A program made the translations under genes and the position numbers. 64,000 bases of DNA, taken from positions 91 to 64,090 of the forward strand of contig JABWBD010000003.1 of NCBI GenBank assembly GCA_013360685.1, in the 5' to 3' direction. Shown here piece after piece: positions 61,877-64,000 of the stretch; the first letter of the stretch is position 1; the number at the start of each line of letters is the position of its first letter. The notes beneath the pieces are model-generated. The model saw only the letters and a list, made by a program, of their open reading frames with translations. It did no database searches and was not told the origin of the DNA. The DNA is from Pirellulales bacterium. Its GTDB lineage: Bacteria; Planctomycetota; Planctomycetia; Pirellulales; Thermoguttaceae.

Positions 61877-64000
61877 TCATAGCACCTTGACCACCACAGC
61901 ACGATTCTCGTCCTCCCCGGGCGCCAAATCAAGAACCACGGTCCGGTTTCGCACCGCGGGGTCCGCAGCCAGATACCGCGACAACGGCCCCACCACGCGA
62001 TGCTCGATCGTCCGCTGCAACGGACGGGCCCCATAGCGAACGTCAAAGCCTTCCTCGACGAGACGCTCGACAAGCGGTCCTGCAAATTGCAATTCCAGCC
62101 CGCGGCCGGCGATTCCCTCGCGCCGGCCCAGGTCTCCCAGCTCCTTGCGGACGATCGCCAGGCAGACCTCGCGGCCGAGGGGCCGAAACGTGACGAGGCC
62201 ATCGAGCCGATTGAAAAACTCCGGCCGGAAAAAGTCGCGTACTTCGCGCTGGTAGCTGTCAAGCGAGGCGTCGGAGAACCCGATCGACTGTCCCCGTGCC
62301 GAGCCGAGGTTGGAGGTCATGATGACCACCGCCGTGCGGAACCAGGTCGTCCGACCGTAACGATCGGTCAATCGGCCTTCGTCGAGCAGCCCCAGCAGCA
62401 TGTCGAAGACTTCCGGGCAGGCTTTTTCGATCTCGTCGAGGAGCACGACCACAAAAGGTCGGCCGCGGACCCGGCTGACGAAATCGCTGGGTGTGCCGTC
62501 GGGCTTCGTAATCAGGCGTTCCGCCGCCCAGGGCGCCGAGTACTCGCTCATGTCGAGGCGAACGAGCCGGTTCGAAACATCGCCGTGTCCGAAAAGATAA
62601 TCGGAGAGGGTTTTGGCCAACTGCGTCTTGCCGACGCCCGTCGGCCCGCAGAACAGGAGCGATCCCAACGGCCTTCGCGGATCGTTCAGGCCAGCCTTGA
62701 ACGTGGAGATGATGCGAGCGACCGCGAGACAGGCATCCTCCTGGCCAATCACCTGCTTCTGAAGCTCCCGGCAGACGGCGTCCAACTCCAGCGGCAGGCT
62801 GTCGTCCAGGAACATCTCGGGCAGGCCGGTTTCGCGAACGAACTGCACCACGACGCTTTCGACGCCGACACGCCCTTCGCGGCGCTGGACCTTTCGATTG
62901 AAGAGGCGGCGGAGAAAGGCGGTCCCGGCGCCGGGCAGCGGCCGGTAGGGAACGAAGCGGCGGAATAGCCTCACGACCGCGTCGGCCGCCGGTTGGTCGA
63001 TCTCCAGATGCGAGTCCTGCGCCATGATGGAAGCGGCCCGATTCACGGCGGAACGGGCTTTGGACGGAAGCAGTTCGTCGACCCGGACGAACTGTAGGAC
63101 TTCAAGTAGGCCGGGAAGCAGCCGCCGGCACGCCTCCAACTCGGCCGGGGTCGCTTCCGCGACGAGCCGGAGCTGCCCGCTTTCAAGGTACGGCAGGAAG
63201 AAGGCGGCGATGCCCGCTCTCGGATCGCTGCCTCCCTGGCGGACCAGATCGGCGAGGCTGTCGACGCAGAGAACGCCGTCGATCTCGGCCAGTTCGCCGA
63301 CGACTTGTTCGCACCGCTCCTGCCACTGCCCGAGATACTGCATTCCGGCGATCAGGCGAGAACCGGTCGTATGCCAGAAGCGATGCCTCGGCCGTTCCGC
63401 GGCGTTCTCGTCATCCCGCGCGCCCCGTTCCCGCTCGATCGCGCGCACGGCATTGACCAGAAGCGTCGTTTTTCCAACGCCGTCCTCTCCGATCAGGAGA
63501 ATGCTGCCGGTGCGTGCCCGGAGCCGCTCGGCCAACTGCGTCACTTCGGCTTCCCGCTCGTAGGCGGCCGAATAGGCCTTGCGGAACTCCGCCGCGCCGA
63601 CCGGCCGCGCGACCTGGTCGAGCGTGGGCGGAAGCTCCCTGCTATCGGCCGCGCGCCGCCGGGCCGACGGGATCCGGACGATGATCTGGTCCAGCCGGAC
63701 TGCCTTCGGAGGCAGCAGCGGCGCGATCTGGTTCGGCGCCCGGCCTTCCAAGGCGCTGCGAACGCGTTCGACCACCGTGCCGCGCAGCGCGGCCGAGTCG
63801 TAGCAGTAGAACCCCAGTCCCAGGGTGGGCACGGTGCAGCAGAGAATGCCGCCTAGCGTCCGGCCACGGATGCAGGGCAAGTTCAGCTCAACCGTATGTT
63901 CGCACGGATAGGGGCGGCCGTGTTTGTCGGTGCGATACTCCGGCCGCACCTGCACGCGAACGTGGAACAGCACCGGCTCGAGGAAATCGCTTGCGACAGC
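61877..64000 (-). CDS. Clp/Hsp100-like two-domain AAA+ ATPase with a non-canonical N-terminus (5' end probably outside the window)
   Basis: D1 Walker A is LLIGEDGVGKTTLL. D2 reads LLFCGPTGVGKTQLAKTLSDYLFG ... VVLLDEIEKACPEVFDMLLGLLDEGRLTD ... VIMTSNLG. The frame stays open upstream of the GTG at 63973 through base 64000. Confidence 0.8.
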   Translation of the reverse strand, partial: AVASDFLEPVLFHVRVQVRPEYRTDKHGRPYPCEHTVELNLPCIRGRTLGGILCCTVPTLGLGFYCYDSAALRGTVVERVRSALEGRAPNQIAPLLPPKAVRLDQIIVRIPSARRRAADSRELPPTLDQVARPVGAAEFRKAYSAAYEREAEVTQLAERLRARTGSILLIGEDGVGKTTLLVNAVRAIERERGARDDENAAERPRHRFWHTTGSRLIAGMQYLGQWQERCEQVVGELAEIDGVLCVDSLADLVRQGGSDPRAGIAAFFLPYLESGQLRLVAEATPAELEACRRLLPGLLEVLQFVRVDELLPSKARSAVNRAASIMAQDSHLEIDQPAADAVVRLFRRFVPYRPLPGAGTAFLRRLFNRKVQRREGRVGVESVVVQFVRETGLPEMFLDDSLPLELDAVCRELQKQVIGQEDACLAVARIISTFKAGLNDPRRPLGSLLFCGPTGVGKTQLAKTLSDYLFGHGDVSNRLVRLDMSEYSAPWAAERLITKPDGTPSDFVSRVRGRPFVVVLLDEIEKACPEVFDMLLGLLDEGRLTDRYGRTTWFRTAVVIMTSNLGSARGQSIGFSDASLDSYQREVRDFFRPEFFNRLDGLVTFRPLGREVCLAIVRKELGDLGRREGIAGRGLELQFAGPLVERLVEEGFDVRYGARPLQRTIEHRVVGPLSRYLAADPAVRNRTVVLDLAPGEDENRAVVVKVL

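Overview
High-G+C chromosomal segment with Planctomycetota hallmarks: PVC-type CxxCH heme-binding and membrane-bound-dehydrogenase-domain proteins, an ECF sigma factor paired with a Ser/Thr kinase, an 'EPLEDRxLLA' secretion leader, and many large secreted glycan-active proteins. All calls come from reading the ORF track and the DNA by eye, with no searches run. Starts were re-picked from signal peptides and RBS context. Many long Arg/Pro/Gly-rich antisense ORFs are treated as high-GC artefacts.

Layout:
- 1-27.4 kb, housekeeping and metabolic genes: heparinase-II/III-like lyase, PIG-L deacetylase, M19 dipeptidase, an orphan MT-A70 methylase, a sugar ABC transporter followed by glycerate kinase and pgk, and a lipoate-ligase-family gene.
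- About 27.6-41.2 kb, a visibly lower-G+C accessory stretch with no integrase or tRNA. It holds the most interesting content. (a) A PvuII-style divergent methyltransferase / C-protein cassette, where the gene translationally coupled to the C gene (the 'R slot') encodes a 501-aa Hjc/PD-(D/E)xK-like domain fused to HEAT repeats instead of a recognisable restriction enzyme. The cassette is bracketed by a ~0.7 kb diverged direct duplication of a host gene 3' end. (b) Immediately next to it, a two-gene cassette whose second gene has a diadenylate-cyclase (DisA_N)-like domain with DGA intact but RHR replaced by RYN. (c) An ECF sigma / Ser-Thr kinase pair with an unusual 'IAxAQAxAG' repeat ectodomain. 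(d) A small secreted protein made of 57-nt tandem repeats.
- 41.5-64 kb: a membrane MutS-like ATPase, thyX, murJ, a cluster of GHL10/DUF4091-type glycan enzymes and a Clp-like AAA+ gene that runs off the right edge.

Several distinct families of intergenic hairpin repeats are present: heptamer-array hairpins, CTGCTYGG long-loop hairpins, a 43-nt inverted-repeat composite, and CCCCTCTCCC elements. No rRNA, tRNA, CRISPR array, transposase or integrase was recognised.
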